Below are positions 45,183 through 54,999 of a DNA stretch of 64,000 bases, piece by piece; the first letter of the stretch is position 1, and each line of letters begins with the position of its first letter. Source of the stretch: an uncultured Acidobacteriota bacterium (GTDB lineage: Bacteria > Acidobacteriota > Polarisedimenticolia > J045); assembly GCA_963702425.1 (NCBI GenBank), contig CAVPCQ010000037.1, positions 64,001-128,000 on the forward strand, read 5' to 3'. Under the pieces are notes generated by a model, which worked only from the letters and a program-made list of their open reading frames with translations, was not told the origin of the DNA and did no database searches. The position numbers and the translations under genes are program-made.

Positions 45183-45767
45183 ATGACCGACGACGGCAAG
45201 ACGCGCTGCGGCTGGGGCCTCGGGGACCCGCTCTACGTCGCCTACCACGACCGCGAGTGGGGGGTCCCGGTCCACGACGACCGGCTGATCTTCGAGTTCC
45301 TCGTGCTCGAGGGGGCGCAGGCCGGCCTCTCCTGGCTGACGATCCTGAAGAAGCGCGACGCCTACCGCCGCGCCTTCGCCGGCTTCCACCCCGAGAAGGT
45401 CGCGCGCTTCGACGCCCGGCAGAAAGCGGCGCTGCTCGGCAACGCGGGGATCGTGCGCAACCGGATGAAGATCGAGTCCGCGGTCGGGAATGCCCGCGTG
45501 TTCCTCAAGGTCCAGGAGGAGTTCGGCTCGTTCGACGCCTACGCCTGGCGCTTCGTCGGCGGCAAGCCGATCCAGAACGCCTGGCGCACGCTGTCCGAGA
45601 TGCCGGCCGAGACCGCCGAGTCGAAGGCGATGAGCAAGGACCTGAAGCAGCGCGGCTTCCGCTTCGTCGGGCCGACGATCGTCCATTCCCACATGCAGGC
45701 GACGGGGATGGTCAACGATCACCTCGTCGGCTGCTTCCGGCACCGCCAGGTCGCGCGGCTGCGGTAG
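45183..45767 (+). CDS. tag: DNA-3-methyladenine glycosylase I
   Basis: RCGW, YHDREWG, LEGAQAGLSW, GMVNDHLVGC. Confidence 0.95.
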   Translation: MTDDGKTRCGWGLGDPLYVAYHDREWGVPVHDDRLIFEFLVLEGAQAGLSWLTILKKRDAYRRAFAGFHPEKVARFDARQKAALLGNAGIVRNRMKIESAVGNARVFLKVQEEFGSFDAYAWRFVGGKPIQNAWRTLSEMPAETAESKAMSKDLKQRGFRFVGPTIVHSHMQATGMVNDHLVGCFRHRQVARLR

Positions 45768-45794
45768 GGAAGGGGAGCGGGCCCTGCGGCCCGC

Positions 45795-46139
45795 TCAGGC
45801 CGGCGGCTCCCCGTGGCGGTAGATCAGCACCTGCACCCGCTCGAGCGTCACCAGCCCCTCGCTCACCATCGCGTCGAGCCGCGGCAGGAAGGCCGCGATC
45901 CGCTCCTCGCTGTCGACGATCTCGACCACGATCGGCAGATCCTCGGACAGCCGCAGGATCCGCGCGGTGTGGATCCGGCTGTGCGCGCCGAACCCCTCGA
46001 GACCGCGCAGCACGGTCGCGCCGGCGAGGCCCGCCTCGCGCGCCGCGAGCACGATCGCCTCGTAGAGCGGCTTGCCGGCCGAGCGGTCGCTCTCGCCGAT
46101 GAAGATCCGGAGCAGCTGGGCCTGGCCTTCGAGCTTCAT
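45795..46139 (-). CDS. DUF190 (PII-like) protein
   Basis: LRIFIGESD, AGATVLRGLEGFG, LSEDLPIVVEIVD; coupled to crcB. Confidence 0.92.
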   Translation of the reverse strand: MKLEGQAQLLRIFIGESDRSAGKPLYEAIVLAAREAGLAGATVLRGLEGFGAHSRIHTARILRLSEDLPIVVEIVDSEERIAAFLPRLDAMVSEGLVTLERVQVLIYRHGEPPA

Positions 46140-46149
46140 GGGGACCTCC

Positions 46150-46530
46150 TCAGGAGAACGCGAGCCGCGCCGCGGCGTCGCCGAGCCAGACCGCCACGAG
46201 GCCGCCGAGCACGCTGGCGGCCGCGTTTCCGAGCGCCGGCCCGAGGCTGCCGTTGCGGACCAGCTCGAGCGTCTCGTAGCCGAAGGCGGAGAAGGTGGTG
46301 AAGCCGCCCAGGAAGCCGACGATGAGAACCGTGCGCGCCTCCGGCGACAGCAGCTGGCGGTCGCGCACGAGGGCCATCACCGCGCCGATCAGGAAGCAGC
46401 CGACGAGGTTGACCGCCAGCGTGCCGAACGGGAAGGTCTCGCGCGCCAGGCGCTGGACCCAGCCCGAGAGGCCGTAGCGGGCGAGCGTGCCGGCGGCGCC
46501 GGCGGCAGCGAGGGCGAGGAGCTTCAGCAT
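46150..46530 (-). CDS. crcB: Fluoride efflux channel
   Basis: GTLARY, FPFGTLAVN, GFLGGFTTFSAF; GGAGG RBS before ATG at 46530. Confidence 0.95.
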   Translation of the reverse strand: MLKLLALAAAGAAGTLARYGLSGWVQRLARETFPFGTLAVNLVGCFLIGAVMALVRDRQLLSPEARTVLIVGFLGGFTTFSAFGYETLELVRNGSLGPALGNAAASVLGGLVAVWLGDAAARLAFS

Positions 46531-46643
46531 CGAGCCTCCAGGCGCGATTCTCGCGGCCAGCGGGCCCGCGTGTCCAACGCGATTCCCCTTCCGGGCGCGC
46601 GCGGGGTGGATCGCGGCGGCCGCGGCGGGCAACATGGCACGGC

Positions 46644-47651
46644 ATGGGCACGGCAGCGACGCAGCACGGCAGGAGCGGTTCCGGCGGGGGTGCGACGATC
46701 ACGCCCCGCCTGCGGCCGGCCGCGGTCGTCATCCGCCCCGAAGCGACGGTTGCCGACGCCTTGGCCCTGCTGCGCGCTGCGGGGGAGGCCGAGCCGATCC
46801 TCTACGCCTACGCGGTCGAGGCCAATGGCCGGCTGGCTGGCGTCGTACCGGTGCGGCGCCTCGCGGTGGCCAGCCCCGGCGAGCGGCTCGAGCCGCTGCT
46901 GGTGCGTCACCCGGTGACGGTCGCGGAGGACGCGCCGCTGGACGAGGCCCTGGCGCTGTTCCAGAAGCACCGCTTCCTGGCGCTGCCCGCGGTCGACCGG
47001 GCCGGGCGGCTGGTCGGTGTGCTCGGTCTCGACGCGGTCTCGCAGGAGTTCGAGGAACTGGTCCGGCGCCAGGCCTTCGACGACGCGTTCCAGCTCGTCG
47101 GCGTGCACGTCGCGCTCGGCCGGCAGGCCGGTGCCTGGGCCTCGTTCCGGGACCGCTTTCCCTGGCTGCTCTTCAATATCGGCGGCGGACTGGCCTGCGC
47201 CCTGCTGGCCGGGCTCTTCACACCGTTGTTCGAGCGGGTCGTGGTGCTGGCGCTGTTCGTGCCGGTCGTGCTGGCGGTCTCCGAGAGCGTCGGGATGCAG
47301 TCCCTGGGGCTGACGCTCGAGACGCTGCACGGAACGGCCGGCGCGCGTCCCGGATTCGCGCGCGCGCTGGCCCGCGAGCTGGCGGTGGCGCTGCTGCTCG
47401 GTGCGGGGACCGGGGCGCTGGTCGGGGCGATCGCCGCGCTCTGGCACGGCCTGCCAGCGCTCTTCCCGGTGCTCGGGATCGCGATCGCGGCCGCCGTCGT
47501 GACCGCCAGCCTGCTCGGTGTCGCCCTGCCTTTCACGCTGCGGGCGCTGTCCCAGGACCCGCGGATCGCCGCCGGGCCGGTCGTGCTCGCGGCGGCCGAC
47601 CTGGTCGCGCTGACGCTCTACCTGGTGTTGGCGGCCCGGCTGCTCGGCTGA
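46644..47651 (+). CDS. MgtE-family magnesium transporter (CBS pair plus TM domain)
   Basis: CBS domains, RFPWLL, ESVGMQS, DPRIAAGPVVLAAAD. Confidence 0.85.
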   Translation: MGTAATQHGRSGSGGGATITPRLRPAAVVIRPEATVADALALLRAAGEAEPILYAYAVEANGRLAGVVPVRRLAVASPGERLEPLLVRHPVTVAEDAPLDEALALFQKHRFLALPAVDRAGRLVGVLGLDAVSQEFEELVRRQAFDDAFQLVGVHVALGRQAGAWASFRDRFPWLLFNIGGGLACALLAGLFTPLFERVVVLALFVPVVLAVSESVGMQSLGLTLETLHGTAGARPGFARALARELAVALLLGAGTGALVGAIAALWHGLPALFPVLGIAIAAAVVTASLLGVALPFTLRALSQDPRIAAGPVVLAAADLVALTLYLVLAARLLG

Positions 47652-47667
47652 CCGTGCGCGCTGCGCC

Positions 47668-49407
47668 TCACGGGCAGGCCGCGGGGGAGGCGGCGATCCC
47701 GGCGTCGCGTGGCGCGGCCAGCCCGTCCGCATCGTCGTCGTAGCTGCCGGGATCGCCCGGCGGCCCGTTCGGCCGCACCAGCAGGTACGAGCCGCTGCCG
47801 GGGGCCGGGACGAAGGGGTCGTCGGCCGCGGTGTCCGGTCGGTCGTTCGCGAGGCAGAGCGCCAGCGACGACGCGAAGCTTCCGCCGGCGGCACGCAACG
47901 CGGCCAGGTCGCCGCGCACGGCGTCGTACGAGAGGGCGTCGGGCCGCGGCGACCAGGCCAGCGTCCGCCGGTCCGGACTCACGGAGAGGCCCGCGACGCG
48001 GAAGGCGAACTCGTACGCACCGATGTCGAGCACGGCGTCCTTCCGCCGCGGATCCGACGCCCGGTGCCGACGGTAGACGCGCGTGGGCTCGTGGGCCGGC
48101 AGCTCGGCCGGGTCGAGCGCGCGCCCGGCGTCGCGGCAGGCCGAATCGCGCCGCGGCCGGAAGTCCTCGCCGGCCTCGTCGAGGAAACCGGGCGTCGTCC
48201 CGGTCACCGTCGTCCCGTCGTCGTGCAGCACCGCTTCCGGCGCGCCGTCGAACGACAGCCGCCAGCCGGGCTTCGTCCAGTTGTGCGACCAGTCGAGCAC
48301 CCCCGAGAAGTCGAGCAGTGAGAGCGTGGTCCCGGCCGCGACCGCGGTGGTGACGACGTTGTTGCGCGCGTCGGCCCGTTCGTCGTTGGTCGACAGCCGG
48401 AACAGCGTCGTCCGGTCGGTGCGGCGCGAGACGACCGTGTTGTTGTGGAAGTAGAGCGTCCCCTTGCGGTAACCGGCGGTGTTGCCGGAATCGCCGCCGT
48501 AGTGCGCGATCTGGCGGTTCCCCGCGCCGGCGGGCTCGATCAGCACGTTGCCGTAGACGTGCGTCGCGCGGTAGGCCGGGTCGCTCTCGATCACCGAGCT
48601 GTCCTCGGCGTCGACGAGGTCGAGCTGGCGGTTCCCGCCCTCGATCCAGTTGGCGCGCACGACCAGGCCGGCCGAGCGGTCCTTGAGGCCGTTCCCGGAC
48701 GCCCCCGGCGTCGGCGGGCCATAGCGGTTGAACTGGAAGGTGATCCCGATCGCGGCGGTGTAGCTGTTGTGCTCGTACGCGCTGCCGGCGTTGCCGTTGT
48801 CGTGGATGAAGTTCCCTTCGATCAGGATGTCGCGCGACACCGTCGTCCCTGACGAGGCCACGAACAGCCCGTTGCCGCCGTCGTGCAGCTCGCAGTTGCG
48901 GATCACCAGGTGCTCGGCCTTCTCGACGTAGATCGGCGCCGCGTTGGCGGCGTAGCTCGAGGCCGCACCGGCGTCGTTGCTGAAGGCGTAGGGGGGCCGC
49001 GCACCGCGCACGTCGAGGTTCTCGATGACGATGTAGCGCGGCATCGTGTCGGCGGGGATACTCGCGCCGCCGACCTTGATCACGCCGCGCTCCTCGTTCC
49101 AGTAGTCGAGGGCGAGCCGCGTCACGGCGCCGTTGCCGTCGATCACCGGGAGCTGCCCTGCAGGGCCGGGCACGCCGCGCACGGTGATCGGAGCGGTCGC
49201 GGTCCCCTGCCGGCAGATCACCCACTTCTCCTTGTAGGGCGCCTCGCGCCAGTGGATCAGGACGAGGTCGCCGGGCTGCAGCGCTTCCCAGGGGACGGCG
49301 CCGATCGAAGCGAAGGCGCGGCCGGGACCGACCTCGAAGGTCGCGGCGGCTGCGGGGAAGAGCGCGAGCGCGGCCAGGCCCGCGGCGAGGAGCAGGAAAC
49401 GCGACAC
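47668..49407 (-). CDS. Secreted parallel beta-helix (polysaccharide lyase-like) protein with C-terminal extension domain
   Basis: Signal peptide, Asn-ladder repeats (IEGNFIHDNGN, YFHNNTVV), DIGAYE. Confidence 0.8.
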   Translation of the reverse strand: MSRFLLLAAGLAALALFPAAAATFEVGPGRAFASIGAVPWEALQPGDLVLIHWREAPYKEKWVICRQGTATAPITVRGVPGPAGQLPVIDGNGAVTRLALDYWNEERGVIKVGGASIPADTMPRYIVIENLDVRGARPPYAFSNDAGAASSYAANAAPIYVEKAEHLVIRNCELHDGGNGLFVASSGTTVSRDILIEGNFIHDNGNAGSAYEHNSYTAAIGITFQFNRYGPPTPGASGNGLKDRSAGLVVRANWIEGGNRQLDLVDAEDSSVIESDPAYRATHVYGNVLIEPAGAGNRQIAHYGGDSGNTAGYRKGTLYFHNNTVVSRRTDRTTLFRLSTNDERADARNNVVTTAVAAGTTLSLLDFSGVLDWSHNWTKPGWRLSFDGAPEAVLHDDGTTVTGTTPGFLDEAGEDFRPRRDSACRDAGRALDPAELPAHEPTRVYRRHRASDPRRKDAVLDIGAYEFAFRVAGLSVSPDRRTLAWSPRPDALSYDAVRGDLAALRAAGGSFASSLALCLANDRPDTAADDPFVPAPGSGSYLLVRPNGPPGDPGSYDDDADGLAAPRDAGIAASPAACP

Positions 49408-49574
49408 GGCAGACTCCGGGCTCCCCACCTGAGAAGGTGGGTCCGGCGCGGCCGCCTCGCCAGCCCGGGTTACCATGCGGGAAGGAGGTCCGATGGCAGG
49501 CTCGCGGCGCGCAGGCATCGACGGGACGGTCGACGCCAAGCCGCAGTCCGAGGAGTTCCGCTGGAGTCACCCCG

Positions 49575-50111
49575 GTGGCTAGGCGCGAGCCGCCGTCTGG
49601 TCCGGACGACGCGGACGCCTGGGCGCGGGCGATGGAAGGGGTGAAGCCGGTGGCACCGGTCGCCCCGCGGGTTGTTCCCGCGCGCCGTCCTCCGCGCGTT
49701 CCGCCGGCGGACCCCGATGTCGATGAGCCTGCCGCGACGGGAGGGCCATTCGAGGTTCTCGTCGAGGACGAGCGGGTCACGGGCCGCGCGTCCGACGCTC
49801 CCCGCGCGCTGCTGAAGGCGCTCGGCCGCGGCGAGCCGCCGCCCGAGGCGCGGCTCGACCTCCACGGCTTCACGCGCGACACGGCGCTCCGCGAGGTGAG
49901 CGGCTTCGTCACCCGCTCGCGAGTCGCGGGACTGCGCTCGGTGCTGATCATCACCGGGCGTGGCGAGGTGCTGCGAGCGGCGGTCGCGGAGTGGCTGGCG
50001 CGGTCCCCCTGCGCGGTGCACCTGCTCGCCTTCTCCAGCGCGCCGCCGCGCCTCGGGGGGCCGGGAGCGGTCGCGGTCCTGCTGAGGCGGAGCGGACGCA
50101 AGGGGACGTAG
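49575..50111 (+). CDS. Smr/MutS2 C-terminal domain protein
   Basis: LDLHGFT, IITGRG, GGPGAVAVLL; start uncertain. Confidence 0.88.
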   Translation: MARREPPSGPDDADAWARAMEGVKPVAPVAPRVVPARRPPRVPPADPDVDEPAATGGPFEVLVEDERVTGRASDAPRALLKALGRGEPPPEARLDLHGFTRDTALREVSGFVTRSRVAGLRSVLIITGRGEVLRAAVAEWLARSPCAVHLLAFSSAPPRLGGPGAVAVLLRRSGRKGT

Positions 50112-50196
50112 CCCGCCGGGCCGGAGCCGCTGCCTCGCGGGGGTCGTAGCGATCGCGCCCCCGCGGCAACCAACCGGTCGAAAGGGGCAGGACGGC

Positions 50197-50736
50197 ATGC
50201 GCCAGGATCCGGAGCGGCAGGCCCGATTCGTCGACCTGGTCCACGCCCACCAGGGAGCGATCCGCAAGGTGGCCGCGCTCTACGCTCGCGATCCCGCCGA
50301 TCGCGAGGACCTGTTCCAGGAGATCGTGCTCCAGCTCTGGCGCTCGTTCGACGCGTTCCGCGGCGACGCGGCCTTCTCGACCTTCCTCTACCGCGTCGCC
50401 CTCAATACGGCCCTGATGCGGCTTCGCCGCTCGTACCGCCGGCCCGAGATCGAGCCCGGCCGCACGCTTGACGACGTTGCCGCCCCGGTCCCGGCGCCGG
50501 AGCGCAGCGACGAGGAGGTCGAACGGCTCTACGCCGCGATCCGCCAGCTCGGCCCGCTCGATCGAGCGATCGTGCTGCTCGTGCTCGAGGAGCGCAGCTA
50601 CGAGGAGATCGCCGCCGTGACGGGCCTCACCCGGGGGAACGTCAGCGTGCGGATCGTCCGGATCAAGGAGCGCCTGCGCCGCCTGATGGGCGTCGCCGAG
50701 GACGGAAAGGACGCGAAGTCATGTTCGACGAGATGA
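50197..50736 (+). CDS. ECF RNA polymerase sigma factor
   Basis: DLFQEIVLQLW, FSTFLYRVALN, SYEEIA..TGLTRGNV. Confidence 0.92.
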   Translation: MRQDPERQARFVDLVHAHQGAIRKVAALYARDPADREDLFQEIVLQLWRSFDAFRGDAAFSTFLYRVALNTALMRLRRSYRRPEIEPGRTLDDVAAPVPAPERSDEEVERLYAAIRQLGPLDRAIVLLVLEERSYEEIAAVTGLTRGNVSVRIVRIKERLRRLMGVAEDGKDAKSCSTR

Positions 50737-51428
50737 TCAAGGGGGCCTGGAGCCGGGCCGGGGCGGGCGCGCCGCCGCTCTCGCGCGCTGCGATCGAGCA
50801 GCTGCTGCGCCCGGCCGCGCGCCGGAGCGGCCGCGCGCTCGAGTTCCTCGCCGTGAGCTACGTCGTGATGCTCGCCGTGGCCGCGCTCCTGGCGACGGCG
50901 AGCCTCTACGGCTACCGCGGCAACCCGACGATGCTGGCGGTGGAGGGCGGAGTGCTCGTCGTCTCGGCCGCCTTCGCCGCGTTCGGCGTGCGGATCTACT
51001 CGGAACTGCGCCGGATCGGGCGGGCCGACCTGGCGCTGGCCGAGGCGGTCGAGCGCCGGCTGGTGTTCATCAAGCAGCGGTTTGACCCGTGGCTGGCGAT
51101 GGCCGCGGCGACCCCCTGGCTGCTCAGCTTCGCGATCAACACGCTGGTCGACAACGAGGGCGGGACTTACCGCATCAACCACCCAGTCGAGTTCGGCCTC
51201 GTCACGGCGGCGATGCTGATCGGGACGTACGTGGTACTGAGGCTCTCGCTGGTCCCGATCGTGGTCGAGATGCGCGCGGTGCTGCACGACCTGCGCGCCC
51301 AGGTCATCGAAGAGCTGCCGCGGGCCGAGGCGACCCGCCGGCGCTCGCGCGCCTGGAACGCGGTCGGGGTCGTGGCCCTGGCGCTCGCCGTCCTGTTCTC
51401 GCTCTGGCTCTGGCTCAGGGCAGTATGA
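50721..51428 (+). CDS. Membrane protein, probable anti-sigma factor
   Basis: Overlaps the ECF gene; about five TM helices. Confidence 0.65.
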   Translation: MFDEMIKGAWSRAGAGAPPLSRAAIEQLLRPAARRSGRALEFLAVSYVVMLAVAALLATASLYGYRGNPTMLAVEGGVLVVSAAFAAFGVRIYSELRRIGRADLALAEAVERRLVFIKQRFDPWLAMAAATPWLLSFAINTLVDNEGGTYRINHPVEFGLVTAAMLIGTYVVLRLSLVPIVVEMRAVLHDLRAQVIEELPRAEATRRRSRAWNAVGVVALALAVLFSLWLWLRAV

Positions 51429-51460
51429 GGCCGGGAGCGACTCGTCTATACTCCCCGCCC

Positions 51461-52348
51461 ATGGTGCGCAGGACGCGGGTCCACCCCGCTCTGCCCGTCC
51501 TCGCGCTTCTCGCTTTCGCCTGTTCCGGTCCGCGCGACGCGGCGCCGGGGGCGTCTGCGGACGCGCAGCGGGTCATCACGGACATCGGCTCGGACACGAT
51601 GGTCAACCTGGCCCTCGCCTGGGCGGAAGCCTACGCGGTCAGCCGGCCGGAGATCCGCCTGTCGGTGACCGGCGGCGGGACGGGGACCGGCATCACGGCG
51701 CTGATCAACGGCACGGCCGACATCGCCAACGCCTCGCGGGAGATGAAGAAGGAGGAACTCGAAGCGGCCCGTGGCAAGGGGGTCGAGGCGATCGAGCACG
51801 TCGTGGCCCGCGACGCGATCGCGGTCATCGTCCACAAGAGCAACCCGATTTCGCGGCTGACGATCCGCCAGCTCTCCGACATCTACTCCGGGAAGATCTC
51901 GAACTGGCGCGAAGTCGGCGGGGAGGACCGCCCGATCGTGCGGCTCTCGCGCGAGACGAACTCGGGCACGCACGTCTTCTTCCTCGAGGCGGTCGTTCGC
52001 CGCGGCGAAAAGAAGGACAAGACGCTGCTCTCGACCGACACGCTGCTGCTGTCGTCGTCGGAGGGCGTGACCGCGGAGGTGGTCCAGAACCCGAATGCGC
52101 TCGGCTACGAGGGGCTCGGCTACGTGACCGACGAGATGAAGGTCGTGGCCGTCTCCAAAGGGGACAACGGTCCCTACGTCATGCCTTCCGCCGACACCGT
52201 CGACGACGGCAGCTACCCGATCGCGCGCGACCTGTATTTCTACACCCGCGGCGAGCCCCAGGGCGCGCTGGGCGACTATATCCGCTGGGTCACGGGCGGA
52301 GAAGCCCAGCGGATCGTCCGGCAACTCGGCTTCGTTCCGGTCAACTGA
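51461..52348 (+). CDS. pstS: Phosphate ABC transporter substrate-binding lipoprotein
   Basis: LAFAC lipobox, GSDTM, GGGTGTG, RETNSGT, YPIAR. Confidence 0.92.
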   Translation: MVRRTRVHPALPVLALLAFACSGPRDAAPGASADAQRVITDIGSDTMVNLALAWAEAYAVSRPEIRLSVTGGGTGTGITALINGTADIANASREMKKEELEAARGKGVEAIEHVVARDAIAVIVHKSNPISRLTIRQLSDIYSGKISNWREVGGEDRPIVRLSRETNSGTHVFFLEAVVRRGEKKDKTLLSTDTLLLSSSEGVTAEVVQNPNALGYEGLGYVTDEMKVVAVSKGDNGPYVMPSADTVDDGSYPIARDLYFYTRGEPQGALGDYIRWVTGGEAQRIVRQLGFVPVN

Positions 52349-52367
52349 AGCGATCCGGAACAGGCCC

Positions 52368-53264
52368 GTGGCGCGCACCCGGCACCCTCTCGAAGCGGCG
52401 ATCGAAGCGGTCATCCGACTGTCCGGCTACTCGGCGATCATCTTCGTCGCGCTGATCTCGCTCTTCCTGCTGCGCGAGGGGCTGCCGGCGTTCAGCGAGG
52501 TCCCGCTGGCCTCGCTCTTCGGCTCGCGCTGGTACCCGATCGAGGGCTACTTCGCACTCGGACCGCTGATCTGGGGCTCGCTCGTCGTGACGGTCGGCGC
52601 GGCGCTGTTCGCGGTCCCGCTCGGCGTGGCGGCAGCGATGTTCATCGCCGAGGTGGCGCCGCGCTGGCTGCGCGAGGTCCTCAAGCCGCTGGTCGAGATC
52701 CTCGCCGGCCTGCCGTCGGTGGTCCTGGGGTTCCTGGGGATCGTCGTGCTCGTGCCGATGATCCGCGAGACGCTCGGCCTGGCGACCGGGCTGACGGCGC
52801 TCACCGGCTCGTTGCTGCTGGCCGGGATGGCGCTGCCGACGATCGTCAGCGTCGCCGAGGACGCGCTCGACGCGGTCCCCGCGGCCTACAAGATCGGCTC
52901 GCTCGCGCTCGGCGCCTCGCGCTGGCAGACGCTCTGGCGCGTCACGCTCCCGGCCGCGCGGACCGGCGTGCTGACCGCGATCATGCTCGGGATCGGGCGG
53001 GCGGTCGGCGAGACGATGGCCGTCATGATGGTCACCGGCAACGCGCCGGTCGTGATCTTCGGTCCGCAGGCGCTCGTCTCACCGGTGCGGACGATGACCG
53101 CGACGGTCGCCGCCGAGATGGGCGAGGTCGCGCGCGGCAGCGTCCACTACCACGTGCTCTTCACCGTCGGCCTGGTGCTGTTCGTGATCAGCTTCGCGGT
53201 CAACGTGCTGGCCTCGATGGTCCTGCTGAAGCGGCGCGCCGCCGCCGGGAGGATGCTCTCGTGA
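52368..53264 (+). CDS. pstC: Phosphate ABC transporter permease
   Basis: LAGLPSVVLG, GRAVGETMAV. Confidence 0.93.
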   Translation: MARTRHPLEAAIEAVIRLSGYSAIIFVALISLFLLREGLPAFSEVPLASLFGSRWYPIEGYFALGPLIWGSLVVTVGAALFAVPLGVAAAMFIAEVAPRWLREVLKPLVEILAGLPSVVLGFLGIVVLVPMIRETLGLATGLTALTGSLLLAGMALPTIVSVAEDALDAVPAAYKIGSLALGASRWQTLWRVTLPAARTGVLTAIMLGIGRAVGETMAVMMVTGNAPVVIFGPQALVSPVRTMTATVAAEMGEVARGSVHYHVLFTVGLVLFVISFAVNVLASMVLLKRRAAAGRMLS

Positions 53265-54118
53265 CGCCCGGCGAACGCCGGCTCCTCGTGCAGCGCGTCG
53301 CGTTCTCGATGCTCGGGCTCGCGACCGCGCTGACCGTGCTGCCGATCATCCTGATCGTCGGCGTGATCGCGTGGAAGGGCGCGCCCGCCCTGAGCGCCGC
53401 CTTCCTGTTCGAGGCCCCGCGCGAAGGCCTGCGGGCGGGCGGGATCTGGCCGGCCCTGGTCGGCACGATCTACCTCACGATCGGCACCGGGCTGATCGCG
53501 GTCCCGGTCGGCCTCGCGGCGGCGATCTACCTGTCGGAGTACGCCCGCGAGAACGTCTTCACGCGCGCGATCCGGATCGCGATCATCAACCTCGCCGGGA
53601 TCCCTTCGGTCGTCTACGGGCTGTTCGGGCTGGCGCTGTTCGTGCTGTTCCTGGGCCTCGGCACCTCGATCGTCGCCGCCTCGCTGACGCTCTCGATCAT
53701 GACCCTGCCAGTGATCATCAGCACCGCCGAGGAGGCGCTGCGCGCGGTGCCGCAGAGCTTCCGGCTGGTTTCGCAGGGGATGGGCGGGACGAAGTGGCAG
53801 ACGATCCGGCGGATCGTGCTGCCGCAGGCGCTCCCGGGGATTCTCACCGGCGTGATCCTCGGGCTCGAGCGCGCGGCGGGGGAGACGGCGCCGATCCTGT
53901 TCACCGGAGCCGCGCTCTTCCTGCCTCAGCTCCCGGCCTCGATCTTCGACGAGACGATGGCCCTCCCGTACCACCTTTTCGTCATCTCGACGCAGGTTCC
54001 GGGGATGCCGGTCAAGGTCCAGTTCGGGACCGCGCTCGTGCTGCTCGCCTTCGTCCTGTCGATGAACGTCCTGGCGACCTTCATCCGCAGCACCTACCGC
54101 CGGCGGAGGCAGTGGTGA
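53261..54118 (+). CDS. pstA: Phosphate ABC transporter permease
   Basis: NLAGIPSVVYGLFG, RAAGETAP. Confidence 0.93.
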   Translation: MTPGERRLLVQRVAFSMLGLATALTVLPIILIVGVIAWKGAPALSAAFLFEAPREGLRAGGIWPALVGTIYLTIGTGLIAVPVGLAAAIYLSEYARENVFTRAIRIAIINLAGIPSVVYGLFGLALFVLFLGLGTSIVAASLTLSIMTLPVIISTAEEALRAVPQSFRLVSQGMGGTKWQTIRRIVLPQALPGILTGVILGLERAAGETAPILFTGAALFLPQLPASIFDETMALPYHLFVISTQVPGMPVKVQFGTALVLLAFVLSMNVLATFIRSTYRRRRQW

Positions 54119-54906
54119 TCATTCCGGGCAGCCCCGCTCAACCGGCCTTCGAGCCGAAGATCGAGATCGAGAACCTGCGGGTCTCGTACGGCGACGAGCC
54201 GCCGTCGCTCGACGGCGTGTCGCTGACGGTCCCGGCTAACCAGATCAGTGTCTTCTTCGGGCCGGCCGGCGGCGGGAAGAGCACGCTGCTGCGCACGATC
54301 AACCGGCTCAACGATCTCGTCGACAACGCCCGCACCGAGGGGCGGGTGCGGCTCGACGGGGAGGACATCCTCGGTCCGGACGTCGACATCACGCGTCTCC
54401 GACGGCGGATCGGAATCGTGTTCGCGCTGCCGGTGCCGCTGCCGATGTCGATCCGCCGGAACCTGTGGTACGGGCTGGAGCTGGCCGGCGAGCGCAACCG
54501 TCGCGTCCTCGACGAGGCGATGGAGCAGGCCCTGGCCGCCGCCGCGCTGTGGGACGAGGTCAAGGACCGGCTCGACGAGCCCGCGATCGCGCTCTCCGGC
54601 GGGCAGCAGCAGCGGCTCTGCCTGGCCCGCGTGCTGGCGCTCGAGCCCGAGGTGATCATGCTCGACGAGCCGTCGTCCGGGCTCGACCCGATCTCGACCG
54701 CGAAGGTCGAGGCCTCGCTGCAGGAGCTCAAGAAGCAGTACACGGTGATCATCGTCCCCAGCAGCGTGCAGCAGGCCAGCCGGCTCGCCGACTGGGCCGG
54801 GTTCTTCCTGCAGGGCGAGCTGGTCGAGTGGGCGTCGGGCCGGGAGCTGTTCCTCGCGCCGAAGGACCGGCGGACCGAGGATTACCTGACGGGACGATTC
54901 GGCTAG
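54115..54906 (+). CDS. pstB: Phosphate ABC transporter ATPase with degenerate Q- and H-loops
   Basis: GPAGGGKST, LSGGQQQRLC, LDEP, TEDYLTGRFG. Confidence 0.88.
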   Translation: MIIPGSPAQPAFEPKIEIENLRVSYGDEPPSLDGVSLTVPANQISVFFGPAGGGKSTLLRTINRLNDLVDNARTEGRVRLDGEDILGPDVDITRLRRRIGIVFALPVPLPMSIRRNLWYGLELAGERNRRVLDEAMEQALAAAALWDEVKDRLDEPAIALSGGQQQRLCLARVLALEPEVIMLDEPSSGLDPISTAKVEASLQELKKQYTVIIVPSSVQQASRLADWAGFFLQGELVEWASGRELFLAPKDRRTEDYLTGRFG

Positions 54907-54999
54907 CCGGGGCCTCGCGCCCTGGTGACTGCGTCACCACCGCCGCGGGACTGGAGGGCCGATCAGCGTATTCTCCCTCCGGAATCCCGGGGAGGTCCC

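Noticed and set aside
46531-46643. Fluoride riboswitch upstream of crcB
   Set aside because: No GGCGAUGG...CGCC / GCUAAUGAC core visible.
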